From positions 32,001 through 96,000 of the forward strand of contig JAVJSW010000008.1 in the NCBI GenBank assembly GCA_040219255.1: a stretch of 64,000 bases of DNA. The letters are read 5' to 3'. How positions within the stretch are numbered: the first letter of the stretch is position 1; the number at the start of each line of letters is the position of its first letter. This stretch comes from Sumerlaeia bacterium (GTDB taxonomy: Bacteria > Sumerlaeota > Sumerlaeia > SLMS01 > JAHLLQ01). The position numbers were made by a program, and so were the translations under genes. Below, in pieces: positions 1-9,682 of this stretch. The notes below the pieces were generated by a model, which ran no database searches, had not been told where the DNA came from, and saw only the letters and a list, made by a program, of their open reading frames with translations.

Positions 1-1737
1 CCCCATCGCCGCAACATGGAATATGCCCGCCGGGTCGAGGATCTGGAAGGCATCCCCCGCGCCAAATCGATGACCGTTTCGGAATTCATGCAGGGCGCCG
101 AGCGCGACCTGGGCTCGGACCTGCCGGTCTGGATGGGCGAGCTTTACCTCGAACTGCACCGCGGCACCCTGACATCGCAGGCCTGGATCAAGCGCCACAA
201 CCGGCGGAACGAATTCCTGCTGCACGACGCCGAATTCCTCTGGGCGATGGCCTGGAAAAATGGAGCCGAATGGCCCGAGGCGGAATTCGAACGGCTCTGG
301 AAAGACCATCTTCTGCACCAATTCCACGACATCCTGCCGGGCACTTCGATCCAGCGCGTGAACGAAGAAGCCGTCGCGGCGATGGGCCGCATCGGCGAGG
401 AAGTGGAAGCCCTGGCGCAAGCCGGCGCGGAGGCGTTGGACCTCAAGGGCGATGGCCGAAATCAGGCCCTGATGCTGGTCAACACGCTCGGTTGGGACCG
501 CAGCGGGCCCGTGGAATTGATGAACCTGCCGGAGGGCTATTCGCCAGGCGATCACAGCCGCCGCTGGCAGGCCATCCGCAAGCCCTGGAGCCACGAGACC
601 ATCATCGTCGCCGGTCAGCAGGACATCCCCGCCATGGGCTCGAGAATCCTGCCGCTCCAGCACATCAGCCTCTCGGATACGCTGCCGCCATCGCCCTTCT
701 CGGTCCATGACGGTGAAATCGAAACCTCGCGCCTGATCGTGCGCTACGATTCAGAAACGGGCGCGATCACCTCGATGTTCGACAAGGCTCTCCGACGCGA
801 ATGCGTGGCGGAAGGCGGGGCCATCAATTTGCTCCAATTTGGCGAGGACGTGCCGGAACTCTGGGACGTTTGGGACATCGACAGCGATCAGGAGCACAAA
901 CTGGAAACGGTGCAGCCTATGGGTCCGCCGGACATCGTGTCCGAGGGCCCGCTGCAACTGCGCCTGCGCTGGAAATTCCATGTCGGCCGAAAGTCAGAAA
1001 TGATCCAGGACATGGTGCTGCGGAACAAATCTCCGCAGGTCGATTTCGAAGCTGTCATCGACTGGCGCGAGGAGCACACGCTCCTCAAAGCCCGCTTCGA
1101 CCTCGCCCCCTGCGCCACGGAAGCGCGCCACGAAATCCAGTTTGGCCATGTCAAACGTCCCACCCACCGCAACATGCCGGAAGACCGCGCGCGCTTCGAG
1201 ACCTGCTGCCATAAGTGGAGCGACATCAGCGAACCGAGCTTCGGCGTGGCGCTGCTCAACGACGGCAAGTACGGCGTTGGCGCCCACGAGACGACGCTGA
1301 CGCTGTCGCTGCTGAAGGGCGGCATCCGGCCCGACCCGCGCGGCGACGCCGCGCGCCATATCGTACGCTACGCCGTGCGCGCCCACGATGGGTTCTCGGT
1401 GGCCAACGTGGTCAAACCCGCCTACGAGTTCAACCTGGCGCCGATGCATTTTCACTGTGCCACAGGAGCCGAACCGATTCAGCCCCCCTTCGCCTTCGAG
1501 GCCGAAACGGTCATCATCGACGCCATCAAGCGCTCGGAAGATGGCAGGGGCCTGATCGTGCGTCTCTACGAGGCGGGCGGCCGCACGAGCCACGCGACCC
1601 TGCGTTTCTCCCCCGGCGCCACCGTGGAAGAAACGAATCTGCTGGAAGACGTGGATAGCGCCCTCCCCGTGGACGAGAAGGGCGCGCTGTCTTTGACCTT
1701 CCGGCCGTTTCAGCTGAGGACGTTGAAGGTCGGCTGA
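1..1737 (+). CDS. Glycoside hydrolase family 38 alpha-mannosidase, 5'-truncated by the window edge
   Basis: Frame is open from base 1. It has GH38 middle/C-terminal motifs WxGELYLELHRGT, HQFHDILPGTSI, EIQFGHVKRPTH, ARFE and GVALLNDGKYG. Confidence 0.93.
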   Translation, partial: PHRRNMEYARRVEDLEGIPRAKSMTVSEFMQGAERDLGSDLPVWMGELYLELHRGTLTSQAWIKRHNRRNEFLLHDAEFLWAMAWKNGAEWPEAEFERLWKDHLLHQFHDILPGTSIQRVNEEAVAAMGRIGEEVEALAQAGAEALDLKGDGRNQALMLVNTLGWDRSGPVELMNLPEGYSPGDHSRRWQAIRKPWSHETIIVAGQQDIPAMGSRILPLQHISLSDTLPPSPFSVHDGEIETSRLIVRYDSETGAITSMFDKALRRECVAEGGAINLLQFGEDVPELWDVWDIDSDQEHKLETVQPMGPPDIVSEGPLQLRLRWKFHVGRKSEMIQDMVLRNKSPQVDFEAVIDWREEHTLLKARFDLAPCATEARHEIQFGHVKRPTHRNMPEDRARFETCCHKWSDISEPSFGVALLNDGKYGVGAHETTLTLSLLKGGIRPDPRGDAARHIVRYAVRAHDGFSVANVVKPAYEFNLAPMHFHCATGAEPIQPPFAFEAETVIIDAIKRSEDGRGLIVRLYEAGGRTSHATLRFSPGATVEETNLLEDVDSALPVDEKGALSLTFRPFQLRTLKVG

Positions 1738-1750
1738 AGCGCTGAGAAGC

Positions 1751-3955
1751 TTACGCTTCCTTGCGGCAGCTAATCAGCGCCACCGACTCGTCTGGGTCGA
1801 TGGTCTGGGTTTCCACGCGGGCGACACTGAGCATCTGGCCGGTCTCGACCAACCCAGTCAGGTCAGCGATCTGGTTCGGTTTCACCAGGAACACGTCCGG
1901 CAGCACTTCGCCGCCGTCGCCGTAGGTCGTGTAGGCTTCCAGGATGTAGGACAGACGGTCCTGCACCTCGTTCGGCTTCAGGATATCGACGCGGGCGTCG
2001 GGCACTTGCAGGCGCACGATGCCTTCTTTGTCGATGACGACCGCAGGGGTGCGAATGGTTTTGAGCAAGCCGAGCAGAATCCGCTTCTCCATCTCCGCCT
2101 GGAACACGCGCAACCAGCCGTTGCCCACAGTCTTTTCCTCTACCTGCGCCGCGGTGGATTTCATGGTTTCCGCAGCCTGCGACTGGAGTTCTTCCTTGGA
2201 CGGCAGCTTGCCACCCAGTTCCCGCGTTCGCAGTTCCGGCGTGCCGCTGGCGGTGGCGCTGACGCGCTTGGTCTGGCGGTCCACTTCCACGACCACCTCG
2301 ACCGAATCCGGGTCCGCACCCATGGCGATGACCGACTCGACCGCTTCGCGGCGGATGCTCATCAGGTCGCTTTCCGAGGGATTCATGATGCTCCGCTCGA
2401 CGGTGTCCTGGATGATGCCGAGGGCGACGCCGATCGCGCTGATCACTTCGTTGTTCTTCGCGATGCGGTAATCCATCTTCATCTTACGCGCGGTGAAGGG
2501 CACGATGGCCTCGGCCCCGCCGCCGCCGCCGACCAGCGTGATGCGCCGGTCCTTCAGCTTGTGCTCGTCCAGCATCGCCTTGACGACCTTGATGACGCGC
2601 TTTGTGGCGACTTCGAGAAGCTTCTCGGCGAGGGCGCCGGCGCTCATGCCGGCCTTCTTGCCGACCTCGTGGAAGCACGTCGTGATCGAGGCCATGTCGC
2701 CTTGGGCGTAGCCCTCGACCAAATCCAGCATGTTCGCCGCGCCCGTCGGCGTCAGGGTAATGGTCGGTTTCTCCGCGCCGTTGACCGCCAGGGCGAGGTA
2801 ATCGTCCGGGTCGTCGGGTCGCGGGCGGATCGTCTCGACGCGCACGGACCCGACATCGTGGGTGAAGGCTTCGTAGCCCAGGCCCGCAATGTGGGCGCTG
2901 CGGGGGCCGACATCGATCAGTTTGCCGTCCTTGAATCGCGGAACCGAACCTCCGGCGATGCCGACGGTGCGCACGTCCAACGTGCGAACGAAGAGCCGGT
3001 GGCCGCCGACTTCGCCATGGCGCACGATGGGCCGGCCGTTCTTGATCACGCAGATGTCGCTGGTCGTGCCGCCCACTTCGATCATCGAGCCGTCGGTGAT
3101 GCGTTCGTACATCAGCGCCGCCGCCACGCCCGCTGCGGGGCCGGACAGCATGGTCAGGATCGGGCGCTTGCGCATGGCTTCGATATCCATGATGCCGCCA
3201 TCGCTGCGCATCACCATCAGGGGCGCGTCGATCCCGCTCTCGCGAACCGCCTGTTCGGTGCGATTGGCGGTCTCGAGCATTTTGGGCAGCATCGACGCGT
3301 TGATGACGGCGGTGCGGGTGCGCACACGCAGACCGTAGAGCTGGCTCAGCGAACTGCTCGAACTGGCCGGCAGGCCCATCTCGCGGGCGATTTCGGCGAC
3401 CCGTTCCTCGCGGCTCGGATCGTCCACGCCAAAGCTCTCGGAGGCGACGATGGCTTCCGCGCCTTCTTCCTTCAGCTCCGTGATCGCTTTGCGGATTTGA
3501 TCCTCTCCCAAGTCCTTAGTATCCAAGTATCGGAAGCAGGTCTTGAGGTACTTGCCCTCGGAGAGTTCGATGGCACCGGGGTTGGCTTCGCTGCGGGCGC
3601 GCACCGCCGCGGCGCCGGTCGCCATGCCCACCACGCCGACCTTGGCGACGTCGCCCTCGATCAGGGCGTTGGTGGCCTGGGTTGTGGAGTGCGCGATCAG
3701 GATGACTTCTTCCGGGTGGATGCGCGCTTCTTCCAGGAGCTTGTGCATCGATTGCACAACGCCGCTGGCGACGCCTTCCTCGGCGGTGTGGGTCGTCGGG
3801 ACGACGGACTTGCCGACCAAGTCCATCGTGGTCAGGTCCACGGCGACGGCGTGGGTGAAGGTACCACCGACGTCGATGCCGATTTTAATGCGGCGATGGC
3901 CTTCGTTTTCCACCGGATGATGGGCGATCGGGGTGTGGTCTTGAATGGAACTCAT
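1751..3955 (-). CDS. Hydantoinase/oxoprolinase A-subunit family protein (ASKHA ATP-binding fold)
   Basis: Motifs IGIDVGGTFT, HSTTQATNALIEG, MRSDGG, LSGPAAG, EVGGTTSDI, GIAGGS and GGGGG. Start moved to ATG 3955, 7 nt after the upstream stop. Confidence 0.88.
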   Translation of the reverse strand: MSSIQDHTPIAHHPVENEGHRRIKIGIDVGGTFTHAVAVDLTTMDLVGKSVVPTTHTAEEGVASGVVQSMHKLLEEARIHPEEVILIAHSTTQATNALIEGDVAKVGVVGMATGAAAVRARSEANPGAIELSEGKYLKTCFRYLDTKDLGEDQIRKAITELKEEGAEAIVASESFGVDDPSREERVAEIAREMGLPASSSSSLSQLYGLRVRTRTAVINASMLPKMLETANRTEQAVRESGIDAPLMVMRSDGGIMDIEAMRKRPILTMLSGPAAGVAAALMYERITDGSMIEVGGTTSDICVIKNGRPIVRHGEVGGHRLFVRTLDVRTVGIAGGSVPRFKDGKLIDVGPRSAHIAGLGYEAFTHDVGSVRVETIRPRPDDPDDYLALAVNGAEKPTITLTPTGAANMLDLVEGYAQGDMASITTCFHEVGKKAGMSAGALAEKLLEVATKRVIKVVKAMLDEHKLKDRRITLVGGGGGAEAIVPFTARKMKMDYRIAKNNEVISAIGVALGIIQDTVERSIMNPSESDLMSIRREAVESVIAMGADPDSVEVVVEVDRQTKRVSATASGTPELRTRELGGKLPSKEELQSQAAETMKSTAAQVEEKTVGNGWLRVFQAEMEKRILLGLLKTIRTPAVVIDKEGIVRLQVPDARVDILKPNEVQDRLSYILEAYTTYGDGGEVLPDVFLVKPNQIADLTGLVETGQMLSVARVETQTIDPDESVALISCRKEA

Positions 3956-3962
3956 GATCGAA

Positions 3963-6062
3963 TTACTCCCAGAGCCAAGGGGTGAAGAACCCCGCGATGA
4001 TAAGGCCGGCAAAGACCATCACCCAAATGAAGGGCAGTGTTTTCCACATCAGTTTTTGCACATCGACGCGCAGTTCGTTGGCGAGCCAGACGTTGTGGGT
4101 GTTGGTCGGATCGCAGACGCCCTGGACCTGGCCCACGACAAGGAGCATCGCCATGGCGGCGGCAGCGGGCAACATGGTGGACATCACCGCGACAAGGGCC
4201 AGCCCGAGCCCCCAGGTGTTCAAGGGACCGCGATAGAGCGCCAGCGGCGCCGCGATGCCAAAAATCAAGACGTAGCTGAACGGATTCTGCGGAATGACTA
4301 CGCGGAGAATGGGCTCGATGGCGGCTGCGATGGGCCAATCGGCACCCCCGTGCATCTCGCTCCACCCCGCCGGTCCGATCACGGACCGGATCAGGATACC
4401 GATGCCGACGAAGAGAAGAACCGCTGGCAGCACCGCCGCGCTGCCTTGGAACAGGCTCTGAATCAGCAGGCTGATACTGCCGGGCCGCGCCGTGGCCAGG
4501 AACGCATACGCAATTCCGAAAAGAAACGCCGGAATCGGATCGACGCTGAAGACCATGATGAGGACCAGCGGAATCACCGGGATCAAGTACGCATACCACT
4601 TCACCGTAACCACCTGATGGCGCCAGCGCGGAATGCGTTTCCAAACGTCGGCGAGAGCCAGCAAGAGTATGAGCAGAATCGCGAGGCCGAAGACCGCCTT
4701 GCTGGCCAGAACCACTACGGAAGCTTGCTCGCGATCGGCGAAAGTCCATCCGGAAAACTCCAGCGTCAACGCGTTCGGCAATGGCGCATCCGGGTCGGGC
4801 GTAAAGGCCACGACAACCGATCGCACGTCGGCCAGGACTTGCTGGTCCAACTCGGACAAGTCCTTGTCGAGCACGATGCCCGCGTTGGGCTTGCTAATGG
4901 CGCCGCGCACGATGGCGGTTTGGCCATTCGCGCCGTTGAGACGGAACTGGATATCGCCCTTCGCGGTGCCCTGATAATGGATTTTCAACAGGTCCCACTT
5001 GGACCAGTCGGCCTCGAAAAATGCTTCGGCGGTTTCTTCATCGACGGAGTCGCGGCGAATTTCCAGCACGTCCATCGTGTTTGACATGGGCTGACGCACA
5101 TGGACCACAAGGCGGCCGGGAAGTTGGAGGTTTTCCGCTTCGTAAAGCTCGAGTTCCGGCGCGGGATCGCCGGCGCCGAGGCCCTGCACGTTGGAAGAAC
5201 CGATGGCTTCGGCGCTCAGGGCCTGCCGAGCCTCGATCCCCGGCGGGGCGAGATAGGCCATGGCGTCTCCGCTCGCGAGCGGCAACGAAGCGCTGTCCGG
5301 ACCGGCACCGTTGCCCATCAGTCGCGACAAACCGAAGATGGAGGCTCCGCCCACGACGAACGAAATCAACAAGACGAGCAGGATATGCCCGACATTTCGC
5401 GAGGCGCCACTCCGGTAAAGCTCCACGCCGACGAACACGATGCCCGTCAGCAGCATCAGGAAGAAAACGATGATCGCGAAGGACTTGACCTGATCCAGCG
5501 GAATGTTCAGCGGGGCCTGGGTGTAGAAGACCCAGTTGCCGGCGTTCATGACGCCGCCCAGGCTAAGGCCGATGAGAAAGATGCCGCCGGCGGTGGCGGG
5601 CTGGACGCCGACCGTCGCCAGCATGGGCAGAATCACCAGGGCTGTCATGATAATGGCACCCAGGCCGCCGATGCTGGTGAAGATGAAGGCGATCAGCAGC
5701 AGACTGAAAATGGAAACGGCGAGCGGGTTGTCCCCGATCAGTTCGGCCCCCTGCTTGACGAGGCTTTCCGCGGCGCCGCTCTTCTGCATGATGAAGCCGA
5801 TGACGCCGCCGAAGAACGCCACGAAGGCCGGCACGTAAAGCATGGTGGCGCCGTCTTTGAGAACGCCCGACAGAATGTCGATACCGCTGATCTGGGGCAG
5901 GTCGCCGGGGACGAGCAACTGCATCAGGGCGCCCGCCGAGACGATCGCCGCACCCATGAGCGGCAGCGTCAGCAGAGCGGGGAGCTTGCGGGTGATCATG
6001 CAGGCGGCGCCGATACCGAAGATGACCAGGACTGCGATCGCGATCAGAATTTCGTTAGCCAT
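3963..6062 (-). CDS. Multi-pass secondary transporter (GntP/citrate-transporter-like, IT superfamily) with a large soluble insert
   Basis: More than 12 hydrophobic segments. Motifs KSGAAESLVKQGAEL, FTSIGGLGA, LYRGPLN and CDPTNTHNVW. Hydrophilic block of about 200 aa in the middle. Confidence 0.75.
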   Translation of the reverse strand: MANEILIAIAVLVIFGIGAACMITRKLPALLTLPLMGAAIVSAGALMQLLVPGDLPQISGIDILSGVLKDGATMLYVPAFVAFFGGVIGFIMQKSGAAESLVKQGAELIGDNPLAVSIFSLLLIAFIFTSIGGLGAIIMTALVILPMLATVGVQPATAGGIFLIGLSLGGVMNAGNWVFYTQAPLNIPLDQVKSFAIIVFFLMLLTGIVFVGVELYRSGASRNVGHILLVLLISFVVGGASIFGLSRLMGNGAGPDSASLPLASGDAMAYLAPPGIEARQALSAEAIGSSNVQGLGAGDPAPELELYEAENLQLPGRLVVHVRQPMSNTMDVLEIRRDSVDEETAEAFFEADWSKWDLLKIHYQGTAKGDIQFRLNGANGQTAIVRGAISKPNAGIVLDKDLSELDQQVLADVRSVVVAFTPDPDAPLPNALTLEFSGWTFADREQASVVVLASKAVFGLAILLILLLALADVWKRIPRWRHQVVTVKWYAYLIPVIPLVLIMVFSVDPIPAFLFGIAYAFLATARPGSISLLIQSLFQGSAAVLPAVLLFVGIGILIRSVIGPAGWSEMHGGADWPIAAAIEPILRVVIPQNPFSYVLIFGIAAPLALYRGPLNTWGLGLALVAVMSTMLPAAAAMAMLLVVGQVQGVCDPTNTHNVWLANELRVDVQKLMWKTLPFIWVMVFAGLIIAGFFTPWLWE

Positions 6063-6100
6063 AGGTAAGCCTTAACCGGAGCGAACTGAGAGCAATGGAC

Positions 6101-6128
6101 AAAAAAAACCCCGAGGTTGAAGTCGGGG
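6101..6128 (-). terminator. Intrinsic terminator after the prepilin-type gene
   Basis: CCCCGA/TCGGGG stem (6109-6114, 6123-6128) followed on the minus strand by T8. Confidence 0.75.
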
Positions 6129-6157
6129 CGAGAGATTAATCGGGATAAGAGGAGGCT

Positions 6158-6853
6158 TTAGCCGTTCGGGATGCCGCCCTGGAAGCGCCAGACGTCGCCG
6201 TCGCTCACGGTGCCGTTGGTCGGATCGTAGAGCATGAAGCGATCTTGGCCGCCGCCGAACATCTGGGCGGGTTCGAAATCGCCGTCGGGACCATAGCTGA
6301 TCAGGGTGTACGATCCGCGCTGATTCAGTTCGCCCGGCATGTTCTGCCAGACGGTGGCCGGAGGCTGGCCGCCGAAACCGCTGACCTTGGTGTTATCCGT
6401 GAAGGGCGAATCCCAGTAGGTGAAGGCGGGGAACTGCTTGTTCGGGCCCGGGGGCTCGGCCTGGGCCGGCGCGAAGGCATCGAAGGGGGCGCTGGTCAGG
6501 TAGGCGATGGGCGTCGTGATCCAAGAGTAGCGCTCGATGCGGGGGTTGATCTGGTTGCCGACGCGGCCTTCCACACCGGGGACCGTCGTGGTGCCGAATT
6601 GAATCGTGCCGGTGACGTTGCTCCAGCCCGGGTGGTACTTGTTGTTGTCCACCGCGTAGGATTCGACGGCGGTGGAGATGGTGCGCATGTCGGCCTTGGC
6701 GCGGCTGACTTTCGAGCGCACCTGGGCCTCGAGGAAGTTGGGAACGGCGATCGCCGCGAGAATGGCGATAATCGCCACCACGATCAGCAGTTCGATCAGG
6801 GTGAAGGCTTTGCCGGCGGAACCGGAGCCTGTGCGATGGAAGGGAAGGTTCAT
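6158..6853 (-). CDS. Prepilin-type N-terminal cleavage/methylation domain protein (pseudopilin-like)
   Basis: KA|FTLIELLIVVAIIAILAAIAVPNF class III signal, C-terminal SYGPDG...YDPTNGTVSDGD, and AGGAG RBS upstream. Confidence 0.92.
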   Translation of the reverse strand: MNLPFHRTGSGSAGKAFTLIELLIVVAIIAILAAIAVPNFLEAQVRSKVSRAKADMRTISTAVESYAVDNNKYHPGWSNVTGTIQFGTTTVPGVEGRVGNQINPRIERYSWITTPIAYLTSAPFDAFAPAQAEPPGPNKQFPAFTYWDSPFTDNTKVSGFGGQPPATVWQNMPGELNQRGSYTLISYGPDGDFEPAQMFGGGQDRFMLYDPTNGTVSDGDVWRFQGGIPNG

Positions 6854-6937
6854 GGAAGTCTCCTGTGGGTGCTGTGTCAGAGCCAGTGGATCATGAAGTG
6901 ATCGGATTGTGGAGGGACTTTCGCAAAACGTGAGACG

Positions 6938-6968
6938 AGTTGCAAGAGATTTATTGCAACTGTTTGCA
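6938..6968. promoter_or_regulatory. Operator-like palindromes upstream of the prepilin-type gene
   Basis: Perfect inverted repeat AGTTGCAA-N8-TTGCAACT (6938-6961) overlapping TGCAACTGTTTGCA (6955-6968), a LacI-family-like shape. Confidence 0.55.
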
Positions 6969-6986
6969 CTCTTTTTTTTCGACCCC

Positions 6987-8249
6987 CTATTTCTTTCGCG
7001 TCAAAAGAACCGCGTTGCCCACGAAACGCTCGCCTTGCGGGTCCGACGGGCGGTTCTTCAACTCGCCCTCGAGCACAAGGGCGCTGGACCCGCCACCGTC
7101 GAAATTGAGGGCTTCGCGGGCGTCGAGGACTTCCGTCGAAAAGCGCGCCAGTTCGTCGAAGGAAACGCCGACGCTGTAGCCTTCCTGCCGCCCGTCGATG
7201 ACCGCCAGGTACAGGTACTGCCGATCCCAAGCGGCGAGGCTGCGGGGGTGTCGCTTGCGGAAATCCTCGGCGTAGGTGGGCCATTGCTCGCGATAGGGTT
7301 CGCCGTCGCGGACGATGTAGCCCCCCATGTCCATCATCATGTCCGCCTGAGCCAGTTCAGGGGCGTCGTCGAAGACGTAAGCGATGGCGACGTCCACATC
7401 GGAAGAAAGCAGGGCGGCCTGGGAGCCACTGGCGGCGATCAGGACGCCGTCGCCGGGGATTTCGACGACGAGGTCGCCGCCTTCCTTGACGGAGACTTCG
7501 CCCAGAACGCCCGTGACCCGGCTGTTCGGGGCCACCGGCCCGCTGGTTCTGGTGACGCGGGCCACGGCCACGCCGGCCGGAACGATCAGCGTGTCGCCCC
7601 AGTCCTGGCTGTAGAGCCCGATGGCGTCTTCGCCCAAGTCCTCGTTCAGCACGTCAATACGCATTCGCGTTTCGTTTCCGAGGGTCAGCGTCGGGGTGGA
7701 CAGACGCGGGTCCATCAGCGCCAGCGGACGATTCGCTTTCGTCCAGACCAGCGTGGGCCAGTAAAGCTCCTCGCGGGAGACGCCGACCATTCGGCCTTCG
7801 GACGCCAACAAGCCGATGATGTCGTTCCCATGGCCGAAGAAACTGCCGTTGATGGCGGCGACGACATCGGTGCCTTCGGCGTTCAATTGCTCGTCATAGC
7901 GCTGGAAAATGCCGGTGGTGCGTTCCTTGATTTGCGACTCCCGTTCGCCGTAGGGATGGCCCACAATCAAATCGTAGCCCGGCTGTCGGAGATCGAGGCG
8001 CAGGACGTATGCTCTGATGGGACCAGGCAATTCGAGTTCGAAATAATCGAGGCCGGGGGCGATTTCCCGCAGCGGCTCGAAGGTGCTGAGAGCGGGAAAG
8101 CCATGGATTTCATCGGGCCCGAGTTCGGCGGGCACGTTGTCCGGATCGTTGACCAAATCCGTGTCGCGAAGCTCCTTGCCGGCGCTGGCGGTGGCCGGGG
8201 CGAAACCGGCCAGGAATACGGAGGCGAAAAGGGCGGATCGATGAATCAT
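6987..8249 (-). CDS. Secreted phosphodiester glycosidase (NAGPA/DUF2233 family)
   Basis: Signal peptide MIHRSALFASVFLAGFAPATASA. Motifs AAINGSFF, HPRS, VIDGRQ, ALNFDGGGSS and ERFVGNAV. Confidence 0.9.
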   Translation of the reverse strand: MIHRSALFASVFLAGFAPATASAGKELRDTDLVNDPDNVPAELGPDEIHGFPALSTFEPLREIAPGLDYFELELPGPIRAYVLRLDLRQPGYDLIVGHPYGERESQIKERTTGIFQRYDEQLNAEGTDVVAAINGSFFGHGNDIIGLLASEGRMVGVSREELYWPTLVWTKANRPLALMDPRLSTPTLTLGNETRMRIDVLNEDLGEDAIGLYSQDWGDTLIVPAGVAVARVTRTSGPVAPNSRVTGVLGEVSVKEGGDLVVEIPGDGVLIAASGSQAALLSSDVDVAIAYVFDDAPELAQADMMMDMGGYIVRDGEPYREQWPTYAEDFRKRHPRSLAAWDRQYLYLAVIDGRQEGYSVGVSFDELARFSTEVLDAREALNFDGGGSSALVLEGELKNRPSDPQGERFVGNAVLLTRKK

Positions 8250-8333
8250 AGATGGGAGTTCTCTGTGGGAAAAGTGGGCGGCGGATGGGTTCTCCGCTGG
8301 ACACAGGCCGTGGCGGCCATTAGGACTTGAATG

Positions 8334-8347
8334 TGCAAATGGTTGCA
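8334..8347. promoter_or_regulatory. Operator-like palindrome TGCAAATGGTTGCA in the divergent NAGPA/ABC promoter region
   Basis: Same TGCAA-N4-TTGCA pattern as 6955-6968. Confidence 0.55.
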
Positions 8348-8401
8348 ATACGCATTTCCCTCCGCTCCAGGATGCCATCCCGAAAGGCCCACGTCAAGAC
8401 C

Positions 8402-9682
8402 ATGTCGATCCGTACAATGCTGATTTCCCTGCTCTTCGCCGCCTCCCTGGTCTTGGGAGGATGCGGTTCGCCCTCCACCGGACCGGAAAGTGACGGCGGC
8501 ACGACTATCACCTTCGTCACGATGCAGTTGCAGCCGACGTTCAACGACTACTTCGCCGATCTGATCGCGGAGTTCGAGAAGGAAAATCCGGGCGTGAAAA
8601 TCGACTGGGTGGATTATCCCTTCGCCAATTACGACACCAAGCTGCTGACCAACTTCCTGGGCCGCGACGTTCCGGACGTGGTGAATCTTTCGGCGGAGAA
8701 GCTTCCGATCTACGTCGATGGCGGGCACCTGGAACCGCTCGGCGAGCACCTGACGTCGGCCACGCTGGCGAGCTATGTGCCGAAACTTCTCGACGAAGGC
8801 GGCCGGCGCGACGGCAGCCTGTACGCGCTGCCTTGGTATTTTTCGACTTACATCACCTATTACAACACCGCTCTTCTCGAACAAGCGGGTCTCCCGGCGG
8901 AGCCGGTCGAGAGCTTGGATGACCTGCCGGAATTCGCCGCCGCGATCAAAGAAAAGACCGGCGAATTCGGCTTCTACCCCGCCTACACGGAAAACGGCGA
9001 GTTGAAGAATTGGCTCGTCCAAAGGGGCGTTCCGTTGATTTCCGAGGATGGCAAGAAGGCGGCCTTCAACACGCCGGAAGGCGTCGCGGTGCTCGCATTC
9101 TGGGCGGACCTGTACCAGGCCGACCTGGTGCCGAAAGAGTCGCTGATCGAAGGCCATCGCGCCGCCATGGCGATGTACAAGCGGGGCGAACTGGCGGTGC
9201 TGCGGCTGGGCCAGGAATTCGTCAGCCAGATCGAAAAAGACGCGCCAGACATCTTCGCGCAGACCATGGTGGCGCCCGAGCCCATCTGGCCCGAGGCGGA
9301 AAACAACGTGGTTTCCATGCACGTCGTGGCGGTGACGAAGCGCTCGGCGAACCCGGACGTAGCGGCGAAGTTCGCGGCCTTTGTGACGAACGCGGAGAAC
9401 CAACTCGAATTCTGCAAGAACGCGACGATCCTGCCGAGCAGCCAGGAAGCGCTCGCTTCGCCCTACTTCACCGAACCGGACGAGTCGCTGGCCTCGCAGG
9501 CCCGCGCCATCGCGGCGGCCCAGGCGGAAAACGGCGTGATCGTGCGCCTGCCCGAGCAAACCCAGGCCCTGCAGCGCGTCTTCGAAGACATCACGGAAAA
9601 GGTGGCTCGCGGCGCCATGAGCCCCGAGGAAGGCATCGCCGCGGCGGAGGAGCAGTGGAATGCGATCCTCGCCCGCGACTGA
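8402..9682 (+). CDS. Sugar ABC transporter substrate-binding lipoprotein
   Basis: Lipobox LVLGGC. CUT1-type SBP features FEKENPGVKIDW, PDVV, YALPWY and YYNTALL. Confidence 0.92.
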   Translation: MSIRTMLISLLFAASLVLGGCGSPSTGPESDGGTTITFVTMQLQPTFNDYFADLIAEFEKENPGVKIDWVDYPFANYDTKLLTNFLGRDVPDVVNLSAEKLPIYVDGGHLEPLGEHLTSATLASYVPKLLDEGGRRDGSLYALPWYFSTYITYYNTALLEQAGLPAEPVESLDDLPEFAAAIKEKTGEFGFYPAYTENGELKNWLVQRGVPLISEDGKKAAFNTPEGVAVLAFWADLYQADLVPKESLIEGHRAAMAMYKRGELAVLRLGQEFVSQIEKDAPDIFAQTMVAPEPIWPEAENNVVSMHVVAVTKRSANPDVAAKFAAFVTNAENQLEFCKNATILPSSQEALASPYFTEPDESLASQARAIAAAQAENGVIVRLPEQTQALQRVFEDITEKVARGAMSPEEGIAAAEEQWNAILARD

